Positions 48,176-61,097 of a stretch of 64,000 nt of DNA are shown here, in pieces (position 1 is the stretch's first letter; each line of letters opens with the position of its first letter). Origin of the DNA: Callorhinchus milii (Eukaryota); contig NW_024704742.1 in NCBI RefSeq assembly GCF_018977255.1, positions 107,696,001 through 107,760,000 on the forward strand, given 5' to 3'. The notes beneath the pieces were generated by a model. It made no database searches. It was not told where the DNA came from and worked only from the letters and a program-made list of their open reading frames with translations. The position numbers were made by a program, and so were the translations under genes.

Positions 48176-48895
48176 CATAGACTCATAGAAATTACAGCAT
48201 GGAGAGCCATTTGGCCCATCGAGTTTCCAGTCTTTCAGAGCAAGGTTTTCATTCAATCCCACTGCCCTGCCTTATCCCCCATACCGCTCCAAGTACATAT
48301 CCTTCATATACTTTCCTTTCCTCTTGAACCCCATAATGGACTCTGCTCCTAACTCAACAGGATATTCCACATCCCAATAATTCTCTGAGTGAAAAAAAAT
48401 TCACTTACGCTACCTTTTCGTTCTTCATGTGACTATCTTAGAACTACAGCCCAGACTCAGTGACTCCCCTACTATTGGAAATAGCTTCTCACTATTTACC
48501 CTGGAAAACTCCTTGTACTTTTGTACACCTCTATCAGCTCCCCTCTCAACCTTGCCACATGACAGAATGGTCCAAAAGGTTGATAGTCTTTGAAAGATTG
48601 ATAATAAAAAGGGAGATTCTGAAGTGGATCAGAAGTTGGCTAAATGTAGGAAACAATAGGTAATTGTAAATGGAGGTACAGTAGCATGGGACTAACAAGA
48701 GGAGTGTCTCATGGATCCATGGTAGGACCAATCCTTTTTACACTGCACATAAATGATTCGGAAATAGGTACAGAATGAGTTATCTAAATTTGAGGCAAAC
48801 ACAATTAGCAGGCAATAAGGAGCCTCTGATCAGCTCCTAAGGCAGTTAAAAATACGACATCCACAAAAGTAAATGGAAGTTCAGTGACATGCAAG
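48176..48895 (-). mobile_element. Degenerate CR1 3' end (48176-48550, minus) joined to an inverted RT fragment (48550-48895, plus)
   Basis: catagactcatagaaattacagc tail; the plus-strand part has ccacatgacaga, tggatcagaagttggcta and tctaaatttga RT-like motifs. Confidence 0.6.
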
Positions 48896-50639
48896 TTCTC
48901 TTCACATTACTGTGTCCACTGAAGCCGTCCAGCAGAACAAGAGGTTCTCAAAATACTCAAGGGATACTCAAAATGCAAGAATTTTTCATTAAATCTAAAA
49001 CCTTGTTTTTATACAAAGAATATATTTTTGAATCTCGCCAAGGGGTATACTTTGAAAAAAAAGCATCCCCCCTCAGCTTCCCTTCCCCTTTAATGACCTT
49101 TTGGGTTGACAAGAAGATTGATGCTAATGCTGAAGGATGGTGCATTCTTCCACTCTTTGTACCAGTGTCAGCATCAAACACTCCCAGGTCAAATTCAGAA
49201 GAGATTCAAGTTTCTTGCAGAGTAATAAAGCTCCTCATTTCTCAGCTCCAACCAATCTCAGATCTTAGCATCTCTTGTTGCCCTTTCAACTCTCACATCA
49301 GCCACTCTTGCAGCTTCTCTGACGGAGACAGACAATTTAGTGCCAATTAGTGTTGGGTTGGGGCGGTTTTCTGTCAACCCCCATCCTCAAAATAACTGGA
49401 TGGAGACAGCCCGAGCTCTTTTCACTCAGGTCTTTTCGGCTGAACAGTGAACAGACTTTCAGCTCATCATTTTGGCTTGGATTGAACCCAGCTCCCAGAG
49501 GAGAGCAAGTCCTCTATCCCACTCATCACTAATAGCTACAGTGAACTTTATGAATCCTTTTTTGTTACAACTCAGGTTTGTGAGACCAGAAATTCACAAA
49601 ATATTCTGGCTTGACCACAAATATTATTTTAGACCCACTGACAAGAGAGTTCAATGAGTCATTGATTTCTTCTTTATTAGCTGTCACATTAGCCGCATGA
49701 ACCAAAATCTTTAATGGCTGGTTAACTTCCAATGGGAGTTATTCTGCTTTGTTTGATCAATTAATTGATATGGCCCCTAGGCTATTCTGCTCCATACATC
49801 AGAGGGGAAAGGAACATTGGTTAAATTCATAGATTAAACGTGCACAAGTTAGAAGCAGCAGATAGAACGTAGTGGGGTATCGTAGATATGGTGGAAGGTG
49901 GCCCTGCACTGTCTTTGCTGAGAGAGTCTCGGAAGTTGATGTGCCACACAAACCACAACAACAACAACTTGTATTTATATAGTGCCCCTCACATAGAGTA
50001 ACATTCCAGAGCTCTCTCAGCCTTACTACAGTGGCAATGCTGAGAATTGTAGATGTTTGCAACATGAATGTTATGCTCGAGGCTTCTCAAATTCTAACAG
50101 TTTGAGTTTAGAATGTAGGGGAGGATGCAAAATGTCCTCAAATGCTTCAGAGTTTCTGTAACATGTAATGACTGTGCATTTGCAGATAAATGTAGGAACC
50201 AATCTGCAAAAACAATGCCCCACAAACAGCCAAGAAGGAATTTAAAAGCCAGTTACCATTAGACACAGCAATAGCATTTGGGATTTCTAATTCTATAGCT
50301 AATTGAGGCAGAAATTTAATCAGTCATGTGTAATCCCAAGAAAGGCATTCTTAAAAAGTTTACAAACCCAATTAAACCAATCTCATAAAGCTTCCTTTTC
50401 AGACTTGGGTACCTAATTAGGTGGAAAAATGAAGACTTATTATAATCCTCAAATCTTTGAACTAATGATTCAGGCCAATTCTTGTCATTCACAGCAAAAC
50501 TACCCTATTATTATAGGCTTTGAAAAAGGGGCCAGTTACGTACGGAATGTTGCTTGGAATTATGGTGAGTCAGTACTCACAAAATGTATCAATCTACCAC
50601 CTTTTATTACACAGCACAAAGAAATACCAAGTGAAATGT

Positions 50640-50890
50640 ACATTACCAACCTACACGCCAACTTCTGCTGCCAAAATCTTCGTTCATGCCATTGTCACCT
50701 CAAGAATAGACTTTTCCAAATGCTCTTCTTGGCAGTCTCCCTAACTTTATCTTCTACAAGCTCAAAATTATCCCAAACTTTGCAGCCCATAATCATTCCT
50801 GTATCCCAGATCTGCACACCCATTACTCCCATCCTCAGAAGGAACTACTGAATCCCAGTACTTAGTAAATTGATTTTAAGATCCTTATGG
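50640..50890 (+). mobile_element. Degenerate L2 fragment
   Basis: SAAKIFVHAIVTSRIDFS matches TLVHAFITSRLDY. Confidence 0.7.
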
Positions 50891-51794
50891 AAATGGGGAT
50901 TTCCATAGGTTCTCAGTTGATTTGTTTCCAATCTCAGCCAGGGTATCCAGGAAAGGTAAGGAAAACTGGAGGTCAAGTCAGCCTAGAACACTACTTTTCT
51001 GCCCGATTATAGCAGCTTGACTGGGCCATCGATCAATATTTATATCCAGATAATAAGCATTGCAAGGTATAAATGTAAAAAAACAGTGAGCAAACTAAAT
51101 TACAAGTAAAACAGAGGGTAGCAGAGTGGCCCTGTGAGCTGTTGCACTAAGACACCGTGTCATGGAGAATGGAGTGTCTGTTTGAAACTTGCGACACTAC
51201 TGTATGCAGGCACAAGCTACATATGCTGGGGGTGGGGGAGTGGGAAGGAGAATCAATAGAAAAGTTAACACGGCTATGGCAGTACACCTTCTAGACCTGT
51301 TCAGCTGTCTTTGATAGTTGGCACTCTGGGAATAAATTACTTACCAGCTCCAGGGATTGGATATTGGGCTGAGTTCTAGGATTGGGAAAGAAATAGACAA
51401 ATTTTTACTATCATAATTTTTTTGGCTCAAATGTGTTACCAGTACAATCTACAGTGATACATTTTCTAATGCCCAATCTTGGATCAATTATACAAACTTC
51501 AATCACTCAATAACAAATGCATATTTTGCCTGTTGTAAATTAAGTTTGAGATTATCCAGCACCCACAAAAATGATAGCTGAATTCTTGATAATGAGAATC
51601 AGTCACTGTTTTAGAGGACATCAGTTTCACTAATAAGAAAGATTGAAAAACAAACAAGGAAATAAGTTGTATAATGAGAGTAATAGAAGAAAAGCTGAAG
51701 ACATCGGTTCCTTTTCTACATAAATGCTGCCCCCTGGTGTTTTGACCAATGAATGGCATCAGTGAGTTGGACCAGCTTTGTTTTGACCAAAATT

Positions 51795-52210
51795 AATTAT
51801 AATAATCTTTGCATTTAATTATTTCAAGTGAGGAGAACGTCTGAAAGTGCTTCGCATTGTAAAGAGACTGCATATTTGTAGGTGAATACAATAGACGATT
51901 TGCACACCGCAATGTTCCATAAACAGCCATGAAGTGAATGATAGTATTATCTGGGGCATTGTTGGCCTGGATACCGGAGAAGTTTCCTTCTTTTTTCAAA
52001 CAATGCCATGGGAACTTTAACGTCCGATTGAACAGGAAGATGGGGCCTCAATTTATCATCTCATCTGAAAGACTGCCCCTCTAACAATGCAGGACTACTC
52101 CAGCAGAAGTGTCAGTCGCGATTGTTAGTTCAATATACTGACAATGGGTTTGAACCCACAACCTATAATTCAGAGACAAGAGTGCTACCAACTGAGCCAA
52201 GGCTGACACA
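51795..52210 (-). mobile_element. Old Deu-SINE, full length
   Basis: Reverse head (gtgctaccaactgagccaaggctgacac), Deu core, tail. Confidence 0.8.
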
Positions 52211-52560
52211 TGAGTGAACACACTTAGGCTGACACATAGATGGATGGATGGGTGGGAGAACAAAATATTGAGCACAAAATTAAAAGCAATAAGATTGCCT
52301 CAGTAAAATGTAAATTGATGTGGAAGTTAGCCTGTGTAGGAAAAGTTAATTCATTCATGGAATTTGCTTTGAAATCTTGATATTAATATAGAACTAATGA
52401 AGGGGAAAAGAAAAACAGAACTTTTATTGATCATCTCTACCCATTGCTTTATTATTTATTTTCTATACTGAGGAAATTAATGTCATGCTAATGATGTGGG
52501 ATGTGTAGGAATCAATTTCTTAATCATTTATATTCATTATATGAACCTTTTTTTCTTCAG

Positions 52561-52586
52561 TCGAGGATAGGGCAATCGGCCTTACT
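52561..52586 (+). other. Candidate 26-nt micro-exon of an unidentified host gene
   Basis: ccttttttttcttcag acceptor, GTAAGT donor, branch-like cttaat about 40 nt upstream, two frames open. Confidence 0.4.
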
Positions 52587-52719
52587 GTAAGTCTAGTGTT
52601 TCCTAACAATAAAAATTATAAATCAAAAGCTATTTGGTTTCCTATCAGGTTTGTCATCATGCTACATGTATCAATTGGGCACAGTCGGTAGCATTATTTG
52701 TACCTGGATCAGTTTGTGC

Positions 52720-53020
52720 ATTCAGGTTCCATGTCAGGTGGTTCCATATCTTGTCCTCCGCCCTATTCACTCTAACATTGCTAGGTAGGCTTCTAGCCTT
52801 TTTTGCCTCAACTCTCTGGAACTCCATCCAGAGTACATCACCCATCCACCACCTCCAACTCACCTCGTTTCAAGGTTCATCTCAAGAGCTACCTCTTTGA
52901 CCACACCTTTGGTCATCCCCTTCCCCAATCCCCTCGACTCTTACCCCCAGCTCAGGTGCCCAAGCCAGTTCTGTTAAGTATTTTGGTATATTCGTGAAAG
53001 GTACTACATAAATGTAAATT
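52720..53020 (+). mobile_element. Degenerate L2 3' fragment
   Basis: TLWNSI and FKVHLKSYLFDH; tail gtgaaaggtactacataaatgtaa. Confidence 0.75.
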
Positions 53021-54244
53021 TGTATTATGAATAAATTTACTCAAATTAAACAAATGATGACTTAATCCCATAAATAATACAAATCTAAGAAGTAAAACAA
53101 CATAAAATATTGGGCTCAGGTACCTTGTGCAAGCCATTTGTGCTTCATCCTTGGGGTTTATGACATTCTCAGAATCCCTGATAGTTCTGCAGCGCAGTAA
53201 TTCCCACAGAGTTAGCTCTTATTTTATATGTCATTCTTCAGTATCATTCATTTTCTCACACAAAGTGGTTAGTAAACCATAGTCAGGCAGATTAAACTCC
53301 CTATGGAGTAGCAAATGATTTGCTAAATCTCTTTCTTCCCCTGCAGACTCACTCAGGTCCGATTTGAATTATTCAATTTTATATCAAGACTTCTTTCTTA
53401 GATGGAACTAGACTATGTTGGAATTTTGCATGTTATATTTTTGCTATCCAAATCGATTTTGGAAATAATACTTTCGAAAATAAATCTGTTTGCCATGATG
53501 ATGGTCGCATTTTTTCTTGCGCTGAACTAGAACTCTTGGCGAGACAAAGCTTGGTTTGAAGAAAGATAAGATCAACTCTGTGTGACTTGACTTGCAATAA
53601 TGTTGAGGGAAAGGCACAGTGATACACACACATACACACCCTTCAATTTCAACCATGTATAAAAAAATACACAATGTAGATACCTTAATTAACTGTATTT
53701 GGAGATTTATTCCTAGAAGTATAAACATAATATAACAGGTGTCATTTGTGTGTCATTCTGGCTCAGTTAGTAGCACTCTCATCTCGGAGTCGGAAGGTTG
53801 TGGGTTCAAGCCCCACATTGGGATTTTAACCCACATTGACATTAAAATATAGTGCTGGAAATGTGCTGCATTGTTGAAGGTGCCATCCTTTGGATGAGAT
53901 GTAAAACCAAGGTCCTGTCTGACTGTGCAGGTGATATTGAAGATCCCATGGCCATATTCGAAAAAAGAAGGGAGTTTCTCACAACTCGGGGCGAGCAATC
54001 GGGTCAGAACGGAGGCGGAGCCTGGGCCTAGCGATCAGCGTAAAAGGAGCGGCGGAGGTAAGCTGTCACTGAACTGTCGGAGCGACGAAAAAAAGAAAAA
54101 GTATGTAGGCGTGACATCATTTTTTTCAACAGCAGAACCAGGGACAAACATCGACAAACTGTCAGAAACTACAACACTGACAGCAAATTAAAACAAAAAA
54201 ACAAAAAAATAAAAAAAGTATTGAAAACACTGTGTGAGAAGAAG

Positions 54245-55347
54245 ATGTGGCAAGTGAAATGCGAGGACTGTGACATGTCGGAGTTAATGGAGGGCGCCCT
54301 GAGGTGAAGTCGCCCTGAGCCCGGGCGACTTCACCTGCAGCAAGTGTCTGTAACTCGGGAAGCTCCAGCTGAGAGTAGCTGAGCTGGAAGCCGAGGTGCA
54401 GACACTGCGCACCATCAGGGACAGTGAGAGGTTCCTGGACAGTATGTTGGAGGAAACCATCATTCCCCTGAGGCTCGGGAGATGCTTGCATCCAGTTAAT
54501 GCTCAGGGACGGGATGTTTTCATCAGTCCTGCAGATAATGGGACCTCTGAGAGAGGGGTGATGGAGCCTTGGTTTTCAAACTTGATCAACGGATGTGAGT
54601 ATTTGAGGGATCAGACACCTCAAGAGGTGGTCACCCCACCCCACAACCCGAGGGTTCAGACGGAAAATGACTGGGTGACTGTCCAGCATGGTAGGAAGAG
54701 GGAACGGGCTAGGCAGAATGCCCCCAATAGTGTAGCATTCTCAAACCAGTACTCTGTACTGAACATTGAGAGTGGATATCTCCAGGGAGGACAGTGTAAA
54801 TAAATTGGCGGAACAGGGGGACATAGGTAACAGGAGTAATGCTGTTGTCATAGGGGATACAACAGTAAGAGGTATAGACCGACGTTTTTGTAACAGAAGA
54901 TGGGAGTCAAGGATGGTATGTTGCCTCCCTGGTGCAACAGTCTTAGACATCACAGAAAAGGTGGATAAAATTCTTCAGGGGGAAGGAGAACATCCAGAAG
55001 TGGTGGTCCAGGTGGGGATCCATGATATTGGTAAAAAAAGGGCTGAGATACTACAGGGTCAATATCAAAAGCTGGGGAAGTTACTAAAGAATCGAACATC
55101 CAAGTTGGCAATCTCTGGATTGCTCCCTGTGCCTCGAGCAAATAAGTACCAGAATGGCAGGATCAAGCATATGAATGCTTGGCTGGAGAAATGGTCCAGA
55201 AAAGAGGGCTTCAAGTTTCTGGATCATTGGGACCATTTCTGGGGCAGGTGGGACCTGTATCATATGGATGGGTTGCACCTAAACAGGGCTGGGGCGAACA
55301 TGCTTGCAGACAGGCTATCTAATGCTGTTGGGGAGGGTTTAAACTAG
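54245..55347 (+). pseudogene. CR1 ORF1: CxxC..CxxC zinc finger, leucine zipper, SGNH/GDSL esterase; frameshifted
   Basis: VKCEDC..FTCSKC, LQLRVAELEAEVQTL, VVIGDT (GDS block, Ser to Thr), PGA, VGIHD (for GTND) and DGLHLN. Confidence 0.9.
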
Positions 55348-55429
55348 TTTTGAGGGGGGAAGGGAATGCAAAAAACGAAAAGCTAGAAAATGGAGAAATA
55401 AAACAGGGGGAAAGCGCAGAACAGGTCAA

Positions 55430-58111
55430 GTCGGTCTTGGAGTGCATGTGCCTAAATGCACGGAGTTTAGCAAACAAGATTGGTGAGCTGCAGGCTCAAG
55501 TGGTCATAGGGAGATGCGATGTAGTAGCAGTAACAGAGACTTGGCTCAAGCAAGGACAGGAATGAGATCTGAATATTCCTGGCTACAATGTATTTAGGAG
55601 AGATAGGGAAGGAAAAAAAGGAGGGGGTGTGGCAATGTTAGTCAAAGATATGGTTATAGCCATGGAAAGAGTCGAGGTGCTGGAGGACCCCAAAACGGAA
55701 TAATAATAATAATAATAATCATCCTTGCATTTGATATAGCGCTTTTCACGTCGGGAGGATGTCCCAAAGCGCTTCACAGAATATACTGTAAAGTGAATTG
55801 ACTGTATATTTGTGGGCGAACGCAGCAGCCAATTGCGCACAGCAATGTCCCACAAACAGTCGTAGATTGAAAATGACCAATTTATTATTGTTTTGGGTTT
55901 TTTGGAGGGATTATTATTAGGCGTGTGGAGGAAGGAAACTTGCCCAAGGTTTCGCCCTCTGCCTGGAATTGAACTCAGGTCTCTCGCTTGCAAAGCGAGT
56001 GCTCTAACCACTGAGCTACAGGACTCCACAAATCTATCTGATTAGAGTTAAGGAATAAAAAAGGAGCTGTTACGCTGGTAGAGGTATACTATGGATCACC
56101 AAATAGTGGGAAGGAAATAGATGAGCAGATCTGCAAGCAGATCTCAGTCAGACGCAAGGCCAATAGAGTCGTGATAATGGAGGACTTCCAAACCTCCGTG
56201 GATGATGAAGGTAATTGTATCTAAAATGAAGCAGGAAAAGGAGGCATATGACAAATGTCAAACCCAAGATACAGAAGACAACCAAATTGAATATAGGAAG
56301 TGCAGAAGAGGTTTGAAAAAGGAAATAAGAGGGGCAAAAAATTATACGAGAAAAGGTTAGCGGGTAACATTAAAGGGAATTCTAAAATATTTTACAAACA
56401 TATCAAGGAAAAAAGGCTAGTCAATGGTAGGGTGGGGCCAATTAAGGACCAAGGGAGAAATCTTATTGTGGAGGCAGAGCTGAATGAATACTTTGCATCT
56501 GTCTTCACAAAAGAAGTGGATGCACCAAATGCCGCAGTATCGGAGGAGAGGGTAGAGGAAATGGATAGGATAAGTATAAACAAAGAGGAAGTACTGAAAA
56601 AGTTGACTGCACTGAGGGTAGATAAGTCGCTCGGTCCGGACGGGATGCAACCAAGGTTACTATGGGAGGCACGGGTACAAACAGCGGAGGCTTTGGCTAC
56701 AATTTTTCAATCTTCGTTGGACACAGGAGTGGTGCCAGAGGACTGGAGAGTGGCCAATATGACTCCCCTGTACAAAAAGCGACAGAAGGACAAACCTGGG
56801 AACTACAGGCCAGTCAGTCTAACATCAGTAGTGGGGAAACTCCTGGAGACTATAATCCGGGACAGAATAAATCTTCACTTAGAAGATTATGGGTTAATTA
56901 GGGACAGCCAGCATGGATTTGTTGAAGGCAAATCTTGTCTAACAAATCTAATAGAATTTTTCAATGAGGTAACGGAGAGGGTGGATAAAGGTAGTGCAGT
57001 TGATGTAGTTTATATGGACTTTCAAAAGGCATTTGACAAAGTGCCACATGAAAGATTTGTAAGAAAGATAGAAGCCCACAGTATAAAAGGGACAGTGGCA
57101 GCATGGATCCAGAACTGGCTGGAAGACAGAAAGCAGAGAGTTGTGGTGAACGGCGGCTTTTCTGACTGGAGGGATGTGTACAGTGCCGTCCCCCAGTGAT
57201 CGGTATAGGACCACTGTTCTTCTTAATATACATAAATGATCTGGACTTGGGTATAGCAAGTACCATTTCCAAGTTTGCGGATGACACAAAGTTAGGTAGG
57301 GTGGTAAACAGTGAGAAGGATAGGAGCCAACTGCAGGAAGACATAGACAGAATGGTAAAATGGGCAGACACATGGCAGATGAGTTTCAATGTAGAGAAAT
57401 GCGAAGTAATGCATTTTGGTAGAAAGAATGAGGGGAGGCAATACAGGCTGGTAATACAATCTTAAGGGGGGTAAAAGAACAGAGAGACCTTGGGGTGCAG
57501 GTAAATGAATCCTTGAAGGTGGCAGGACAGGTAGTAAGGCTGTAAAAAGGGCAAATGGGATTCTAGGCTTTATAAATAGGGGCATAGAGTATAAAAGTCA
57601 GGAGGTTATGATTAACCTATATAAAACACTGGTTAGGCCTCAGTTAGAATACTGCGCCCAGTTCTGGGCACCACACTATAGGAAGGATGTTAAGGCATTG
57701 GAAAGGGTGCAGAGGAGATTTACAAGGATGGTACCAGGAATGAGGGACCTTGATTATGAGGAAAGGCTAGAGAGGCTGGGATTATTCTCATTGGAGCAGA
57801 GAAAGTTAGGAGGAGACCTAATAGAGGTCTTCAAAATCAAGATGGGATTTGATAGGTTAGTAAGGGAAAAACTGTTTCCACTGGTGAGTGTGTCGGTGAC
57901 TCGAGGTCACAGATTCAAAATAGTTTCTAAAAGAAGCAGCGGGGAGATGAGAAGAATTTTTTTCACACAGCGAGTTGTTCGAACCTGGAATGCATTGCTT
58001 GAAAGGGTGGTCAAGGCCGATTCGATAACTACTTTTAAAAACGCGGTGGACGGATATTTGAGGAGGTCAGGTTTGCAGGGTTATGGGGAAAGGGCTGGGG
58101 AGTGGGATTGA
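55430..58111 (+). pseudogene. CR1 ORF2 (APE endonuclease plus reverse transcriptase) disrupted by stops, a SINE and an internal deletion
   Basis: LNARSL, VAVTETWL, RRDREGKKGGGVA, NYRPVSLTS, SQHGF, DFQKAFDKVPH, KFADDTKL and FFTQRVV. Confidence 0.93.
55699..56029 (-). mobile_element. Young tRNA-derived SINE, short subtype, inserted in the CR1 endonuclease
   Basis: Full reverse copy with CpGs retained; CR1 sequence resumes at aatctatc. Confidence 0.96.
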
Positions 58112-58984
58112 CATTAATTGCTCTATTCAAAGAGCCGTAACAAACTCGGTGGGCCGAATGGCCTCTTTTTGTGCTGTACAATTCTATGATTCTATGAACG
58201 TGCTGGATGGCAATCCCCACATAAAATTTGCCAGGCATCGATTTCTGGAGCATTGCTAAGCGCAAATTGGCTGCCACATTCACTCACAAAAACAGTCACA
58301 CCACTTTATAGCATATTCTATGACGCACTTTGCGACATCTCAATGATGTGATAAGGTGCTTTCAAATGCAAAGATTATTATTGTAATACAGTATTCCATG
58401 CATTTGATATAGCACCTTATCACATCATCAAAATGTAGTTACTAAGTGTAGTTACTATACAATACAATTTATATTTATATAGCATTGCTATTTCACATCA
58501 GGAGGAAATCCCAAAGAGCTTCAAACATTTCTGTACATTTGTAGGTAATATATATGTATAGTAAGCAAATGAACAATATAAGAGCCAGTAGTTTGAACTG
58601 ATTTTTATTCACTAATCTGGCCTGCACACTAACAGAATCTGTTATATAAATCTATTGCAATAGCAATCTTAATCTGTTAAAATAGGAACCTTTATGCTAC
58701 GTCTTTCAATATAAATTCCTTAGAAAAATATAAAAAGCTATTTTTATTTTGATAGGCATATGATAGCTTCCTATAGTCAGACTTCTATTTAATTCGACAT
58801 TTGATCAACCCACGCCTCCAGATGAATTGATCTTTGACTTCATAGCCCTTGCTGAGTGTACATTACCTATCACATTTATCTACAAATGCACAATCACTTC
58901 ACTTTAGTTGCATTTATTTGTGAAGTGTTTTGAAATATTTGACATTATGGACACTATATGAAATGCAAGGAATTTTGTATAGTA

Positions 58985-59185
58985 TTAATAATAATAATTG
59001 TATTTGATATAGCGCCTTTCACTTCAGGATAAGTCTTAAAGCACTTTGCAGGATTTACTGTAAAGTCCAGTGAATGTATATTTTGCAGGAGAATGTGGCA
59101 GCCCAATTTGCACACAGCAAAGACCCACAAACAGCCATGAAGAATGATTTGATTTTAGCTGTGGGGGATTGTTGGCCAGGACATA
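58985..59185 (-). mobile_element. Old Deu-SINE 3' half
   Basis: Tail and core (caatttgcacacagcaaagacccacaaacagcc) on the minus strand. Confidence 0.75.
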
Positions 59186-59502
59186 TATTTTATTTTCAAA
59201 TGATCAGAGATTTGGCAGCAGTGAAGGTGAGGTAAGTGTATCAGTGGGCAATATTCCAGAGATGAAAGATGGTTGACAATGGACCAGATGTGGCCCTCCT
59301 ACTGAAGCACTTGGTTGAGCTTTTATGCACATGAGCTTTATGACCTTTCTAAGGGAGATCACTAATTGTAACAGTTGGACAGTTTTGTGCTAATATCCTA
59401 TGCAGTGAGAAAATTGATGAGATATAAAATATGTCAACTCTCACATTCTAATCCAACTAATAATGAAAGACAATCTACAGAGGGGAAATCTATACAAACT
59501 GT

Positions 59503-60173
59503 TGGAGAGAAATTCCCCCCGAGTCCAGATTTACTCCAATTATATGGCATTCTAGAGCGTCCAATATTGGCACATTCTTATGTACAGGCTTAATTAAAGG
59601 AATTTAAACTCCCTTGAAAGAACTTACAGAAACTTGGCTTCAAAACTGAGAGTATATTTCAGAATTTGCAAATTCTAGATTCTCTGAAATGCTACATAAA
59701 TAGAGTAAATCACTATTTACATGAAGGGCACTATATAAATGCAATATAAACTTGTTGTTAATGTTGTAGAATTTCCCTCACACGTCTGTTTATGAACGTA
59801 CTCTGACTTTGTCTAAATTCTACTCGTGACAGAAAGCTGATGCTAACTAAAAGTTAACTGGATTGGCCCTCTGCCAATAATTGGCTCAATTGGTGGATCT
59901 TCACATACGAAGAAAAAAAAATTCCAATAAGTTTTAAACACGGGCAGTAAATCCACCTGGGATTAGATTTACTCTGTTTATGTAACATTTTGGAGTGTGC
60001 AGAATTCAGCAAATGTGTGAATAGACATTCAATTTTGAAGCCAGTTTTCTGTAAGTTCTTTTAAGAACTTTGGAAAACTGACCTCCAAACTGAATTCAAC
60101 AATTTGCTAAATTCTGGCTACTCTGACATGATACATAAGCAGCAAATGTAGACCTAGGTGGAATTTCTGTCCC
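59503..60173. mobile_element. Candidate MITE-like DNA element with long degenerate inverted arms
   Basis: 59612-59650 is the reverse complement of 60030-60066; ends ggagagaaattccc / ggaatttctgtccc. Confidence 0.6.
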
Positions 60174-61097
60174 ACATTTGGTGGATGAGGCAAACTAGCA
60201 GAAATCAGTAAAAACCTAAATTTCCTTTGAAAATCCAACTTAGTACCTACAGAAAACAAAGAATTTACTCAGATCAGGAAAATGTCCTTCTTATAATCTG
60301 AAATAGGTTACCGGGAAGAGTGGAAGAGGTTAAGACACTTGTTTTATTTAAGAAACAGAACAAGGCTGTCAAGGGAAGATTCTAGGGTTGAATGTTCTGA
60401 AAGAGCAAACTCAAATGATCCAAAATGTTTTTGTTTCCAATCCATATCTCTCTTTTGATTTAGTGAATTTCAAACATGTTACTTCTGTGACAGTTAAATG
60501 AAACAAAGTCTGATTTATTTCAAAACTTCAGCCTTTCACTTCTGTTGTTATTCTGTGTAATTATTCTGCATAAAGCTAACTTTACTGATGATACTTTAAA
60601 AACTAAAATGTAGTCCATCTCGTATCAGTCAGGTGTAACTCACGTAAATATTTACTTCTCAGGGGCTCTCAGATCTGTAAACAGGACAATTCCACCCTAA
60701 GTTATTAACACATCCAGTGATCATTTTCCCAATTTAACATTAGTCAGTGCCTTTACTGTTACTAGTCCACACTGTCACTGTTACTTGTCCACACACTCAG
60801 TTACTAGTCCACACTTTCACAGTTTGTAGTCCACATTCTCATTGTTTCTAGTCCACACTTTCACAGTTACTAGTCCACACCCTCATTGTTACTAGTTCAC
60901 ACTCTCACAGTTATTAGTCCAGACACTCAGTTACTCGTCCACACTCTCACTATTACTAGTCAACACTCTAACAGTTACTAGTTTGCATACTCAGTTACTA
61001 GTCCACACTTTCACAGTCACTCATTCATATTTTCAATTACTTATCCACACTCTCACAGTTACTAGTCCACACTCTCACAGTTACTAGTCCACACTCT

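Larger units (their letters stand above)
53981..58197 (+). mobile_element. Near full-length CR1 LINE (5' UTR, ORF1, ORF2, 3' UTR), inactivated
   Basis: CpG-rich 5' UTR, ORF1, EN and RT motifs, tail attctatgattctatga. Confidence 0.95.
53750..58382 (+). mobile_element. Old Deu-SINE split into 53750-53980 and 58198-58382 by a CR1
   Basis: ...agaagggagtttctc | gtgctggatggcaatcccca... rejoins as in the intact copy at 34960-35000. Confidence 0.8.

Noticed and set aside
48889..49350. 153-aa ORF in unique DNA (also 33492..33839 and 17494..17715)
   Set aside because: No recognisable domain or convincing splice boundaries; consistent with chance ORFs
50938..50955. 18-nt micro-exon candidate (ctcag|ccagggtatccaggaaag|gtaagg; PGYPGK)
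   Set aside because: Moderate acceptor, adjacent to degenerate repeats, and no other Gly-X-Y exons seen; too short to support without RNA data
54766..55347. Host SGNH esterase gene
   Set aside because: It is the esterase domain of CR1 ORF1, in the expected position before ORF2
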